DNA of 63,470 bases, counting the filler, from Reclinomonas americana ATCC 50394 (Eukaryota), in assembly GCA_048213135.1 (NCBI GenBank). It is 12 parts of 11 records of this genome, joined end to end, with 100 filler letters (N's around TTAATTAATTAA, not from the genome) between each part and the next. Parts side by side here need not be neighbours in the genome. Positions count along the whole stretch, not along the records: positions 38,409 to 55,463 come from PS015966.1; 11 more parts are not named here. The stretch is one strand, 5' to 3'. Below the pieces are notes generated by a model that ran no database searches, had not been told where the DNA came from, and saw only the letters and a list, made by a program, of their open reading frames with translations. This document shows, piece by piece, positions 38,521-50,113 of the stretch. How positions within the stretch are numbered: the stretch's first letter is position 1; each line of letters begins with the position of its first letter. The position numbers and the translations under genes were made by a program.

Positions 38521-41291
38521 CGAAGGAGAGTGGGAGAGGAGAGGCGAGACCACTGAGGCTCTCGCTTTCATTGTAGTTTCCTCTCCTACTCCCTTGCATG
38601 CCCTTGTCCGTCTTACTCCCCACACCCTTCTCTTCCTGTTCCCTTTCTCGCCCCCGAGGTTGAGAGTCAGACACAGGCGAAAGGGGAAAGCAGAACAGAA
38701 TGTCACGCTCACCGTTTTCACCAAGCGTCTCGTTTCACGCACACTCGCACACTTACACATGCTCCCATCCAACCACCCACACACACTGCTTCTGGGCTCC
38801 ATCTCTCTGGCTCTCAACACTTATTTCCCTCTCGTGCGCGCTCTCGTCTCGCTGTACTCCATCTTGTTCTCCGTCACTGTCTCTCTGAGTGAATTTATGC
38901 GTGAATGCTCACTCCTTGCTTGTCGTAGGCTGGACGCAAGGAAGTGGAAATCATGGCGCAATGCGCTGGCAATCACATTATGGTGCGTTCATGTGTTCAT
39001 GAGCAGCATCTGCTCTACGATCACTGAGCCTTCGATGAACAGCCACTGGTGGACTATGAGATGAAGAAGCGCAACAGCAAGGAAGACGATTGCATATTGT
39101 ACGTGCTAATGCCGCTGTTCAAGGTAACTATTCAGCCTGAGCGTGGAAATCATGTTGGTCGTGCTGACTTTATCACCACACAGCGAGGCACATTGGAGGA
39201 ACACTTGCAGATGCTGAAAGCGGAGAAGCGATTCCTGCCAGAACCCGAGGTCCTCTCGCTATTCATGCAGTTGTGTGAGGCCGTGAGGCCCCTGCACAAG
39301 GCCCGACCACAGATTGTACATTATGACTTGAAGGTAAGCTCTTGCACTCTCTCTTCTCAACTACCACTTTGCTCATCCGTGCCCCCTCCCCAGCCCCTCA
39401 ACATTCTCATGTCCGACGACCACCAATGCGGTGCGCAATACCAGATCTCCCCACCCCCTTTCCCTCTCCACCATCGCTCACCTCTTCCTCCTTCCGCTTG
39501 CAGTGCTTACCGACTTCGGCAGCTGCTACTACGGCGAGTGGAACGTGCAGTCGTCGACCGACGTCTCCAGCATCGACGAGTACGCCGAGCGGAATACAAG
39601 TCCCCCCTATCGCGCCCCGGAGCTGTTTGACCCACAACGAGGCACGATGATTGACGACCGTGTGGACATTTGGAGTCTCGGCTGCATGTTGTACGCACTG
39701 TGCTTCCACGAGAGTCCGTTCGAGAAGGCGTTCCAGCATCAAGGCGGCTCGATCAAGCTGGCCGTGTGTGCCGGCCGCATTGATTTCCCCGCTGCGCATC
39801 CGTACACGCCCGAGTTGGTGGAGATGATCAAGTGGATGTTGACCACGAGGCCGCACATGGTGAGTGGGCGAGGGGGAAGGGTGAAAAGGGGGGAAGGGTG
39901 ATAAGGGGGAGGGTGGGGGAAAGGGGAGGAGAGGGAGGGGAGGGGAGGGGAGGAGGGGAGAGGAGAGGAGAGTGGAGAGGAGAAGAGAGGAGAGGGGAGA
40001 GAGAGGAGAGGAGAAGAGAAGAGAGGAGAACAGGAGAGGAGAGGAGAGGAGAGGGGAGGAGAGGCTTAAGAAGTTGAAGGGTTTGTGTCAACTGTGAACA
40101 ATGGAAGAATGAGCAGAGTGAGAAACAGAAAAATGGGCAAGAAAACTGAGAATTGAGAATCGAGAAAGGGAAATGGACAGAAAAAGAGAATGATTTGGTG
40201 GAAAATAGAGATCTCTTTGTATTGAATGCACAACTGGCAGCGTGCGGCAAGAATAACGAGCTGTTTATATTAGCAAAAGTTAGAACGCGAATCATCGAGA
40301 ATGAGGCGAGGTTTCTGATTGAGAACGGCGAAGCGATGTTTTCCGGTTTTTTAAAGATGTGCAAGAGGCTAGCCTAGTCTTGCACTCTTAATTAACTCAC
40401 TGCACACACACAAAAGAGGTGAGAGCGCGCGAAATTCGGAGATTAGAATCATGCAGGAGTGGATGGAACACGTGATAGAATAGAAGGAAGTGTTTACGTG
40501 TGCGAAAGTTGGTGAAGCGAGAGTTCAAAGCTGCGAGAGCTTTGTGAAAGACGGGTTGCTCTCTCTCTCTCTCTCCCTTTCCTCTCCCTTTCCCTTTCCC
40601 CCTTCCCCCTTCACCTTCGCCTCATTGCCTTCCCGCGCAGCGCCCTCGCCTGGACGAGGTCATGCAACGAGCCACTCGTGTGCGCGCCATCACCAACAAG
40701 AACATTGTCGGCGACGGGGCGGCGCCCGCCTTTCTCAGTGCACGTGCTACCGGTGCCATCACCACCACCACCACGACCACCGCTTTCGCTGGTGGCAGCT
40801 CAAGACCAGGCTCGAGTGGCATTACCGCGTCACCACTACCATCCTCCGCGAAAATCGCACCAGCAGCAGCGGCTGAGGAGTTCGAGTTTGACGAAACAAT
40901 GGCCGAGTCGATCATGGCCGGCAACGCCGGCGCCTCCACAGCGGCCTCGTCGACGGGCGGCAGTCGCAAATCAGCGGTCAATGCACATCTGCGATCGCCC
41001 TCCTCCACCCTGCTGCTCTCCAGCAGCTCATCGTCGCCGTCCATGGCGCACGTTGGCGCCACCATTGGGCCCTCAACACCCGTCGACTCGTCGTCGTCGG
41101 CGTCGTCGTCGATGGGACGCGGTGCGCGTCTGTCGGAGCGGCTACTCGCCAGTGGCGGCGACAATTACTCGTCGGGCTCACCGTCGATCAATGGGCGCCT
41201 GAGCAGTGCCAGTGCGAATTCGCCGAGCACGCCGCCGGCGGCGGGGTCGCCGGGTGCGTCGCTGGGGTTCCGCCCGAACACGCGGTTGTAG
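36826..41291 (+). CDS. NAK-family Ser/Thr kinase, STK16/MPSK1-like, with Ser-rich C-terminal tail
   Basis: MGCFFS N-terminus (myristoyl/palmitoyl-type), 13-nt microexon 37002-37014 completing GKGGFAFVY, YALKKM, HYDLKPLN, DFGS, YRAPELF, DIWSLGC, GGSIKLAV. Confidence 0.88.
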
Positions 41292-42423
41292 TGAGGGAGA
41301 AGGGGAAGGGGGGGTAGCCAGGGAAAGGGTGGGGGAGATTGAACGGAGGAGGAATGAGAAATGAGTGGGAAGGGAAAAAAGAGAAGAGTGGGCAGGGGAA
41401 GAGAAGAGCGGGCAGTGAAAGAGAAGGGCCAGAGAGTGCACGAAGTGATGCCAGAAAGTGCACGAAGTGATGCAGTTCGAATGAGGAAAGTGACAGTCCT
41501 CACTGGTTCAGCTTCGGTCTTAGTGCAAGCGAGAGGCGAAGAGACTGCAAGAAGTTGAGTGACCATCAGCTGCAGCGAACATGCGTGTTGTCAAGTTGAT
41601 AGATGGGATGGCCTGAGAAAATTCGCACGTGGAGAGCTGGTGTGCGAAGAGTTCAGCAACAACGCATGCAGTCGAGTTGCTTGGAAAAGAGTGGCAACTG
41701 AGCGAAAAGATTTCTTCGGCGATTGGTATGAAGTGAGAAACGAGAGAAGATGGTGCCTTGGAGGACGTCGCGCCTGTGGAAGGTGTTATGCACAGAGTTC
41801 AGCTTGGAAAGAGTGGCAACTCAGCAAAAAAGGTCTCTTAGAAATCGCGATGCTGCAAAGTGAGAAACGGGAGAAGATGAAGTCTTGAAGGAGGCGGCGC
41901 ATGTGGAGAGCTGATGAGCTCGAGCGAATGCTTCGGAGCAGTCAGTTCCCGGAGAGGTCTGTGCAATTGCAAGTGCCTGCATGCTAGTTGATGATAACGC
42001 GATGCAGCGAGTCGATTGCGAGAAACGGGAAATGATGATGTCTTGCACCTTTGGAGAGCTGCGGTGTACATGTGTAGAGCTCAGCTACACAGCAAGCACT
42101 CAAGTTGCTCGGAAAGAGTGATAACTGCAAGCTCGATAAAGGCGATCGCCATGGAAGAACGATCGGATCACTGCCATTCCTCCGGATCCCAATATCTGCG
42201 ACAACTCTCTGAGCGCTGACTTACTCTCTCACATACCCACAGTTGTTGCTCGTTTGCTGTTGTACGTTATCTCTTGTAAAGCCAAAAAGGCGCCAAAGTT
42301 GGTCGCGAAAATTCCTCCATATCGGACATCCCAAAGAAGCACTCAATCTCACGCGCTCTCTCTCAGTGTGAGAGTGAGTGAGTGGAGTGAGAAGGAACGA
42401 ATGTCATCGCGAGTCGCCAAGCA

Positions 42424-45400
42424 ATGGGCGGCAGAGCATGCGCCTGTGAGAATATGTTGCGCATCTTCTCACACTGTCAAAATAAGAGAAACAAGAGAGA
42501 GAGAAACAAGAGAGAGAGAGAGAGAGAGAAGGGCGAAAAGAGAGGAGGAGGAGAGAGGGTGAGAAGTGAGAGTCATAATCACTCACTTACTCTTTCTTCA
42601 TTCACAATCCCACTCACACTGATTCACACTCACACTCACTCATTCACTCACTCACTCTCTCTCCCTCCCTCACTCACTCACTCTCTCACTCCTTCACTCA
42701 CACACACACACTCTCTCACTCACTCGCTCACTCACTCACTCACTCACTCTCTCTCTCTCTCTCTCTTTCACTCTCTCTCCCCCCTTCCCTCGCCCTCCCT
42801 CACCCTCCCTCACCCTCCCTTCACCCCTTCCCCTTCCCCCCTTTCCCCCTTTGCCCCTCCTCACAGTCCCCGAGGCCGCCGACGACTCCGACGCCGACTC
42901 CGCCCTCAACCCTCTCTCACGCATGACCACCCCCGCCCACGCCCTCCTCAGCGCCCACGGCAACCGCGCCTCTCCCGGCTCCCTCTCCCCCTCGGTCCTC
43001 CTCCACGCCGCCTCCAAGGCCGCCTCAGCGAGTGCCACTGGAGGAGCACCAGCACAAGGAGGCTCAGTGGAGTACCTCCTCGCCGAGGTGCATCGGCGAC
43101 TGGCCGACTCGACGCAGCATGTGGTCGCGCAGCTGCGATCGTGTGTCATGCATCATAACAGTCATCATCACAACCAGCATAGTCATCAGAGTGGAGCAGC
43201 AGCAGCGGAGAGACCGTACTCGAGCTTGCCGAGCAGTGTGCGACTGGTGACTCCACGCGCCTTGTCGCCGCAGCCGTTGCGGGGATCGTCGCCATCGCCT
43301 CCGCCACTGGTGACGCCGCCAAAGCAGGTGTTGCAGTGGGCGAGTCGACCGGCGGCGGAGGATCGGCCATTGTCGGCGCATGGTGGGGAGGATGGTGGTA
43401 CGCCAAAGACGAAGCGGCATGGAGGGAATGCGTGGTGGGCGCGTCGGCGGAATACGTTGGCGGTGCCGCCGTCGCCGTCGCAGATGCCGTTGGCGGGTGG
43501 GGAGGATGGGCCGCGTGGCTCGCCGTTCCAGTTCTCCAAGCAGGATGCGGCGGCGGCGGCGGCGGCGGCGGCGAATGGGCGGCGGGCGATGGCCGGCGTG
43601 CGTGTGGTCAGTCCGCCGCTGCGCGATGATTCCGACAAGGAGGAGGACACGGATTCGGTGCCGACACCGTTCCGCAAGGGTGGCAAGTCGGGCGGCTACA
43701 TTGGTGGCATGAGCTCGGCGGCTGCCGATATGCTGCGCAGCGTGGGCATGAAGGATGTGGCCGACGAGGCGTTGCGTGTTATCAACGCCGTCGGCAACAC
43801 GGCCTCGCGCTGCCAGTCGCCGGTGCAGGATGTGCCGTGGAGCCTGTCGGAGAGTGCCGGGCCGCTGTTTGCGCAGCAGCCGTCGGACGAGCAGCAGGAC
43901 ACGCTGCTGCGCGACTCGGGTCTCGACTGCGTGGTGGTCGACGGACGCACGACGGCCTCGTCGCTCCTCACCGAAATGCTGCTCACGATGCAGCAGCGCA
44001 TCAATGGCGCGCTGGCCGAGGCCATGACGGCACTGGCGCACAGCATGGTGCACCGGTCGCCGCTGGCGTCGCGCACGTCGCCGACGGGCGAGCTCGGCGG
44101 TCCCGTGGCGCACTTTACCAATCCGGAGGCGGCGGAGGATTTGGGGTTTGAGGTGGAGGAGGTGTTTGCGCTGCGCAATGAGGTCAAGGTGTTGTCGGCG
44201 CAGTTGGATGAGGAAAAGTCCATGCGCGAGTTGTCCAAGCAGAAGGTACGTAATAGGAAAAGGGGATAAAGGGAAAGGGAGATGAAGGGGAAGAGAAGAG
44301 AGGTGAAGGGGGATAAAGGAAGGGAGATGAATGAAGAGAGGTGAATGGGAAGGGAGATGAAGGGGTAGGAGGTAAAAAGTGATGTAAAGGAAAACGGAGA
44401 TGTTGGCGGGCGAGAAGGAGAGAGAACAAAGACAGAGGGAGGGAGGCTGATCGTATGTGGGGACAGGATAGGAATTGCATTGGGATGCGAGGAGAGTGAG
44501 AGATAGCGTTAGAGGTGACGCGAATGGCGGGTGAAACACATGAAGTGATGTGGAATCGCTTGCGATTGAGAGATACAGAGAGGGGGAGAAGAAGAGGGAA
44601 GTGTGAGTGAGAGAGGAGATCTGGAGAACAGACAGATATTGAAAGCGAGAAGAGCACTAGCACTATGAGAGACACGCAGTGTATGACGAGAGAGGAGAAT
44701 GGATAACCGAGAGAAAGGAGCGAATATGATGAGGAAAAGTACTTGGTGAGAGTCAGGAAGGAGAGAGCGAGTTGACTTCGATGAGTGAGGTGGGAGAAGA
44801 AGAGAAGCGAGTGAGAGAGGCGATTTGGAGAACAGAGAAATATAGAGCGCGAAGGTGATCATGAGCACGCAGTGTATGGCGAGAGAGAGGTGAATGGATA
44901 ACAGAGAGAAAGGAGCGAATATGATGAGGAAAAGAACTTGGTGAGAGTCAGGAAGGAGAGAGCGAGTTGACTTCGATGAGTGAGGTGGGAGAAGAAGAGA
45001 AGCGAGTGAGAGAGGCGATTTGGAGAACAGAGAAATATAGAGCGCGAAGGTGATCATGAGCATTTTGTGAGGCACGCAGTGTACGTCGAGAGAGAGAGAG
45101 GAGAATGGATAACGGAGAGAAAGGAGCGAATATGATGAAGAAACGCGTTGACTTTGTTGCTGATTTTCGTGTGCTTGCAGCTCCTGGTGCGCAAGAGCGG
45201 GTGGGACGAGGAGCGCGCCAAGCTGCTCAAGGAGATTGTGTGGCTGAAGACCAAGCTGCTGGGCGACAAGTTTGATCCGAGTATGCTTGGCTCTGGTTAT
45301 GGTGGTGACGACAGTGATGGGGAGGGGGAGGGGAGGTCGGAAGTTGCGTCAAATAAGGGAAAGGGAGAGAGAGGGAGAAGGGCGAAGGGCAAGGGAAAGA

Positions 45401-48400
45401 GAGGATTGGATGATAAGACAGGGTGAAATTTGAGAGAGAGAGAGAGAGAAAGAAAGAAAGAAAGAGAGAGGGAGTGTGTGTGAATACGTGTGTGCGTGTG
45501 TGTGTGTGAAGCGATGGAAGAATGATTCTGTTTTCGTGTTTCTTTGTCATTGCCCCCCACGCCTTTCCTCTCCCCCCTTCTCACTTCTCACCCTCTCTCA
45601 TCACCGCAGGAGGACACCACCCTCAAATACACCGAGGGCGACATGCAACGGGCGATTGCCAAATGGAAGGCCCTGCTGCAGTCACAACAAAAACCGCAGG
45701 CCGCCGCCAGTGGCCCCGATCTCGCCGAGTTGATGGCCAAGTTGAAGGCGCTGCAGGACGAGTTGGAGCGCAAGAATGGCGAGCTGGAGGAAAGCGAGCG
45801 TGCCCGTCGCCAACTGATGGACGAAGCGCAGCTGCAGCGCGACGCATTAAAGGCGGCGCAGGAGAAGGCCGACGCAGCCGCCAAGCGGTTGGCGGAGCAG
45901 GAGGCGTTGCGTGGCACTTTGTGTCAAGAGTCAGGAGAATCCGTTCGCACTCATCTGTTTGTCGCAGTGAGATGCTGCGCAACAATGCTCGCATGCGAAA
46001 GCTGGAGGCCGATGGTGAGAAGCTGCGCTCGTCGATGCGAGCGGCAGGACTCGATCCGGATGCTGCGCTCGCTGATGGTGGCCTGGTCAAGGTGCGTGTG
46101 GATGCGTCTCTCCAGGCATTCACTTCATTTGGGGAAGTGTGTCACCCTCTCTTTTTCGTTGCAGTTGAAGAAGGGCGGCCCAGACGGGTACGACACGGAC
46201 GAAGAGGGGCTGTCAGAGGAGGAGAAGCAGAGGAGACGGGAGGCGCGTGCCCGGGCGCAGGCCGAGGAGGATGCGAGGGTGGCGGAGAGCACGATGAAGG
46301 AGTGGGAGAATGAGCTGGTGCGTCAGAGGGAAGGGGAAAGGCAAAGGAGGAGGGGGTAGAAGGGGAAGGGGGAAGGGGGATAGGGGGAAGGGGTAGAAGC
46401 GAAAGGTTAATGGGAAAGGGTAAAAAGGAGATGGGAAGTTAAATCTGAGAATAATGAGTGGTACAAGGGGTGGATGGAGGAGGGAGAGGAAAGAGAAGGA
46501 GAAAGGGAGGATTGGAGGTCGAGGCAGTGGATGGACAAATGAAGGCGTGTCAGAGCGAATGGGGGATGTAGAAGCGAAAGGGTAATGGGAAAGGGAGGAT
46601 AGGAGGACGGGAAGTGAAAAGTAAGAAAACCGGAGGGAGCGGAAGGGAGGAAGGGAAGTGGCGAGTGAGAACGGGGAAGAGGAAAGGGAAAAGAATGCTG
46701 CAACGTGTTGTTGGATTCTGACGCCGTTAACTATTGAGAGGGACGAAGTGGGCAGTGCTTGTTGTACTGCACTGCGAATAATGTCTACCCGGCGTTTCTA
46801 AGCTTTGAAGAGAAGAGTTGAAGAAGAAGATGATAATGAAGAGAAGAAGGAGGAGGTGAAGTGGAGAGAAAGGAGAGTGCGTAGATGAAGATTTTTTGTA
46901 TATATCGTTTGGCGATGAGAGAGTGAGTGTGTGTATGTGTGTGTGAGAGAGAGAGATGAACAGAGCTGGTGTTGACGAAGACGAGATGAGCACGCAAGAT
47001 CGAGACTGGCTGCAGCAAGGATAGAGCAGCATGCATTATGCAGAGGACGAGAATCCATGTTCTCTTCTTCTCGACGCTCTGTCTTGCCATCTGAACGTAG
47101 TTGTGTGTGTGCTCTCTGCCGTTTGTTCTTTTTGTTCCGATTGCCTCGATTCTTTCTGTGCTGTGAACAACAGACTTTAGGCAAGCTATCTGTCTTGGGC
47201 AACATGGCTCAGGTTCTCTCGCTCTCTGTCGCTTGTCTTCATTCACTCTCGTCGCTCATTCCTCTCGCTCTCTGTCGCTCGTTTCCTATTGCTCTCTGTC
47301 ACTCGTTTCCTCTCTTCTTCCCGTCGCTCCTTCTACTCGCTCTCTGGCGCTCATTCCTCTCGCTCTCCGTTGCTCAGTTCTCTCTCTTCTCTCTCGCTCT
47401 CCATTGCTCATTTTCTCTCTTCTCTCTTGCTCTCCGTTGCTCATTCCTCTCGCTCTCCATCGCTCATTCCTCTCGCTCTCTGTCGCTCTCTCTCGCTCTC
47501 CATTGCTCATTTTCTCTCTCCTCTCTCTCGCGCGCGCTCTCTCTCTNNNNNNNNNNNNNNNNNNNNNNNNNNNNNNNNNNNNNNNNNNNNNNNNNNNNNN
47601 NNNNNNNNNNNNNNNNNNNNNNNNNNNNNNNNNNNNNNNNNNNNNNNNNNNNNNNNNNNNNNNNNNNNNNNNNNNNNNNNNNNNNNNNNNNNNNNNNNNN
47701 NNNNNNNNNNNNNNNNNNNNNNNNNNNNNNNNNNNNNNNNNNNNNNNNNNNNNNNNNNNNNNNNNNNNNNNNNNNNNNNNNNNNNNNNNNNNNNNNNNNN
47801 NNNNNNNNNNNNNNNNNNNNNNNNNNNNNNNNNNNNNNNNNNNNNNNNNNNNNNNNNNNNNNNNNNNNNNNNNNNNNNNNNNNNNNNNNNNNNNNNNNNN
47901 NNNNNNNNNNNNNNNNNNNNNNNNNNNNNNNNNNNNNNNNNNNNNNNNNNNNNNNNNNNNNNNCCCCCCTTCCCGCACATTCAGGGCGGTGTGTCCGGCC
48001 GCCGCAAAGGCGGCTTGGACGCGGCCGGTCGTAAACTCGGCCGCGGCATCAACGAAGCCGACCTCAGCGACGAGGAGAAACTGCGCCTGCTCATCGCGCG
48101 CATGTCGGTGTTTGAGCGACTCGAGTTGCGCGCGCTCATGCTGCTGGACAAGATTCGCACGCGCATCACGGCGCTGTACTCGGAGCGCGAGAGCAATCTG
48201 TCGCACGTGCTGTCGAGTGTGGGCCACACCACGCGACGCGCGCAGCGGCAAGACCTGCTGCGCCACTTGAGAAGAACAGTGTCGCCCACGGGCGCGGCGT
48301 CAGGCTCCGCGCAGCAGGACGGTGGGGAGGGCAGTGGCGCTGGCGGCGGCGGTGGTGCGCCTGCCGGTGACGCTGGCATGTCGCCGTCCAGTGGTGACTC

Positions 48401-48940
48401 GGATCCCTCCAAGCAGCTTGCTGCGCTGCAACAGCGATTGCATCAGGGAGGCGGGCTGGGTGGTGCGTCACTGACGAGGGGCGAGCATTCCGTCTGTATC
48501 TCACTCATCGCCTCAAATGCAGCGGCTCTGCAATCCGCGCGCTCGCCGCACGGCGGGCTACCGACGTCGCACGCCCCACTGCATGATATGCACGGCCGCG
48601 CGCCTCCACCAACCATGGCGACGCACCTGCCACCGATGGAGGAGGAGGATGTGCCGGTGCCGGAGATGGGTCTGCCGCCGGTGGTGTCGCGCGACATGGA
48701 GCGCGTCAAGTTGGTGAATCGGAATGGTCTGCAGCTCACGGATTTGTCGCCGAGGGGGTATTCGGGGCCGACCCGACCAGGTAAATAGGGGAAAAGAGGG
48801 GAAGGGTGTTAAAGGGGGAAAAGAGGGGAAGGGTGTTGGGAGTCGGGGGTAGGGAGAGAAGATGAGTGGCCCTTTGCGATTCTGTTGAAGAGGGAGAAAT
48901 GAGCTGTCGAATTAAGGAGTGAGAAGGAAAGAGAGAGAGA

Positions 48941-48978
<38 letters not shown>

Positions 48979-49982
48979 GTGCGTGAGGATGATGGTCACA
49001 TTCCAGTTTTGAGTCGTTCCGAGAGAGTCACCGTATGTGTACGAGAGAGAAAGAGATCTTGTTGTGGTTGAATAAGAAAAGGGTTGACGCAAGACAAGAT
49101 GATCACGAGCTACTGATGGAGAGTGAAAGCGAGTGTGCGATGAGGACGGGTGCGTGAGGATGATAGTCACATCCCAGTTTTGAGTCGTTCCGAGAGAGTC
49201 ACCGAATGCGTTGATATATAGAGAGAAAAAGATCTTGTGGTTGAATAGGAAAAGGGTTGACACAAGAAAAGATGATCGTGTGCTACATGGAGAGTAAATG
49301 CGAGTGTGCAGCGAGGACGGGTGTGAGAGGAGATGAGAATGTGTGTTTCATAGAAATACAGGTGCAGGACATGCAGGAATAGAGAGAGAAAGAGATAACG
49401 CACGACAGTGAGAGAATGCCAGTGTGTACACATGCTCTTCCTCGACTTCAAGCATTCTCTTGTTATGAGACTCACACCCCTCCTTCCCCTCCTGCTCCTT
49501 CCCCTTCTTCTCCTTCCCCTTCTTCTCCTTTTCCCTCCCTTTCCCGCTCAGGCCACGAACCCTGGCCCACCCAACAACTCTCACCACGCCTGCGTCGCGC
49601 GCGCTCCAACAGCGGTTCACAAAAACTTCCGGCTCTGTCGCCCAAGAACGGCGTGCTGCCGACGCCGCCACCACCGATGGTGCAGGCGCGCGAGCAAATG
49701 GAGAACTACCAGCATGTGACCTCGCCACGCGTGAGTGGCTGGGGCGCTGCGTTGCCGTCGCCAGCGAGCGAGGTGACTCCGTCGCCGCGCATGCGCTCAC
49801 AGTCGCTCAAGGGCGCCGGCTCGCCACCGTCGGCGTTCATGCAGCAGTCGCCGACCAATCCGCCACCACGCGAGGACACTCCCAGTGCGTGGGATAGCAC
49901 GAGTACCACTGGCGACAGCACGTCGTCACCGCACTCGCCGCCGCTGCGTGCTCGGCGACGCCGATATGGTGCCGCTGTGTAA
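42424..49982 (+). CDS. Large multi-exon low-complexity/coiled-coil hypothetical protein
   Basis: Coding exons at about 42868-44245, 45181-45342, 45610-45905, 45968-46091, 46165-46317, 47984-48781 and 49552-49982 with GT-AG borders and heptad-like segments. Start (MGGRACAF) is tentative. Confidence 0.6.
44680..45135. repeat. Intronic tandem duplication, unit ~195 bp, about 2.3 copies
   Basis: gagaaaggagcgaatatgatgaggaaaag...gaaggtgatcatgagca repeated almost exactly. Confidence 0.85.
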
Positions 49983-50113
49983 CAACTTTCGTAGAGATCA
50001 ACAAATCGATGTTGTATTTTCACTTCTTGTTATGTGCGATGATAAAATAAAAAAACCGTCGTGCAACGGGTATCGGCGGGCGGGCAAGTAGAAAAGGGAG
50101 GGCGAATGGGTGA

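Noticed and set aside
43064..44539. 491-aa minus-strand ORF and similar long L/S/P-rich ORFs (e.g. 62098-63201, 34824-35552)
   Set aside because: Antisense shadows of GC-rich exons or translations of CT/GA microsatellite introns.
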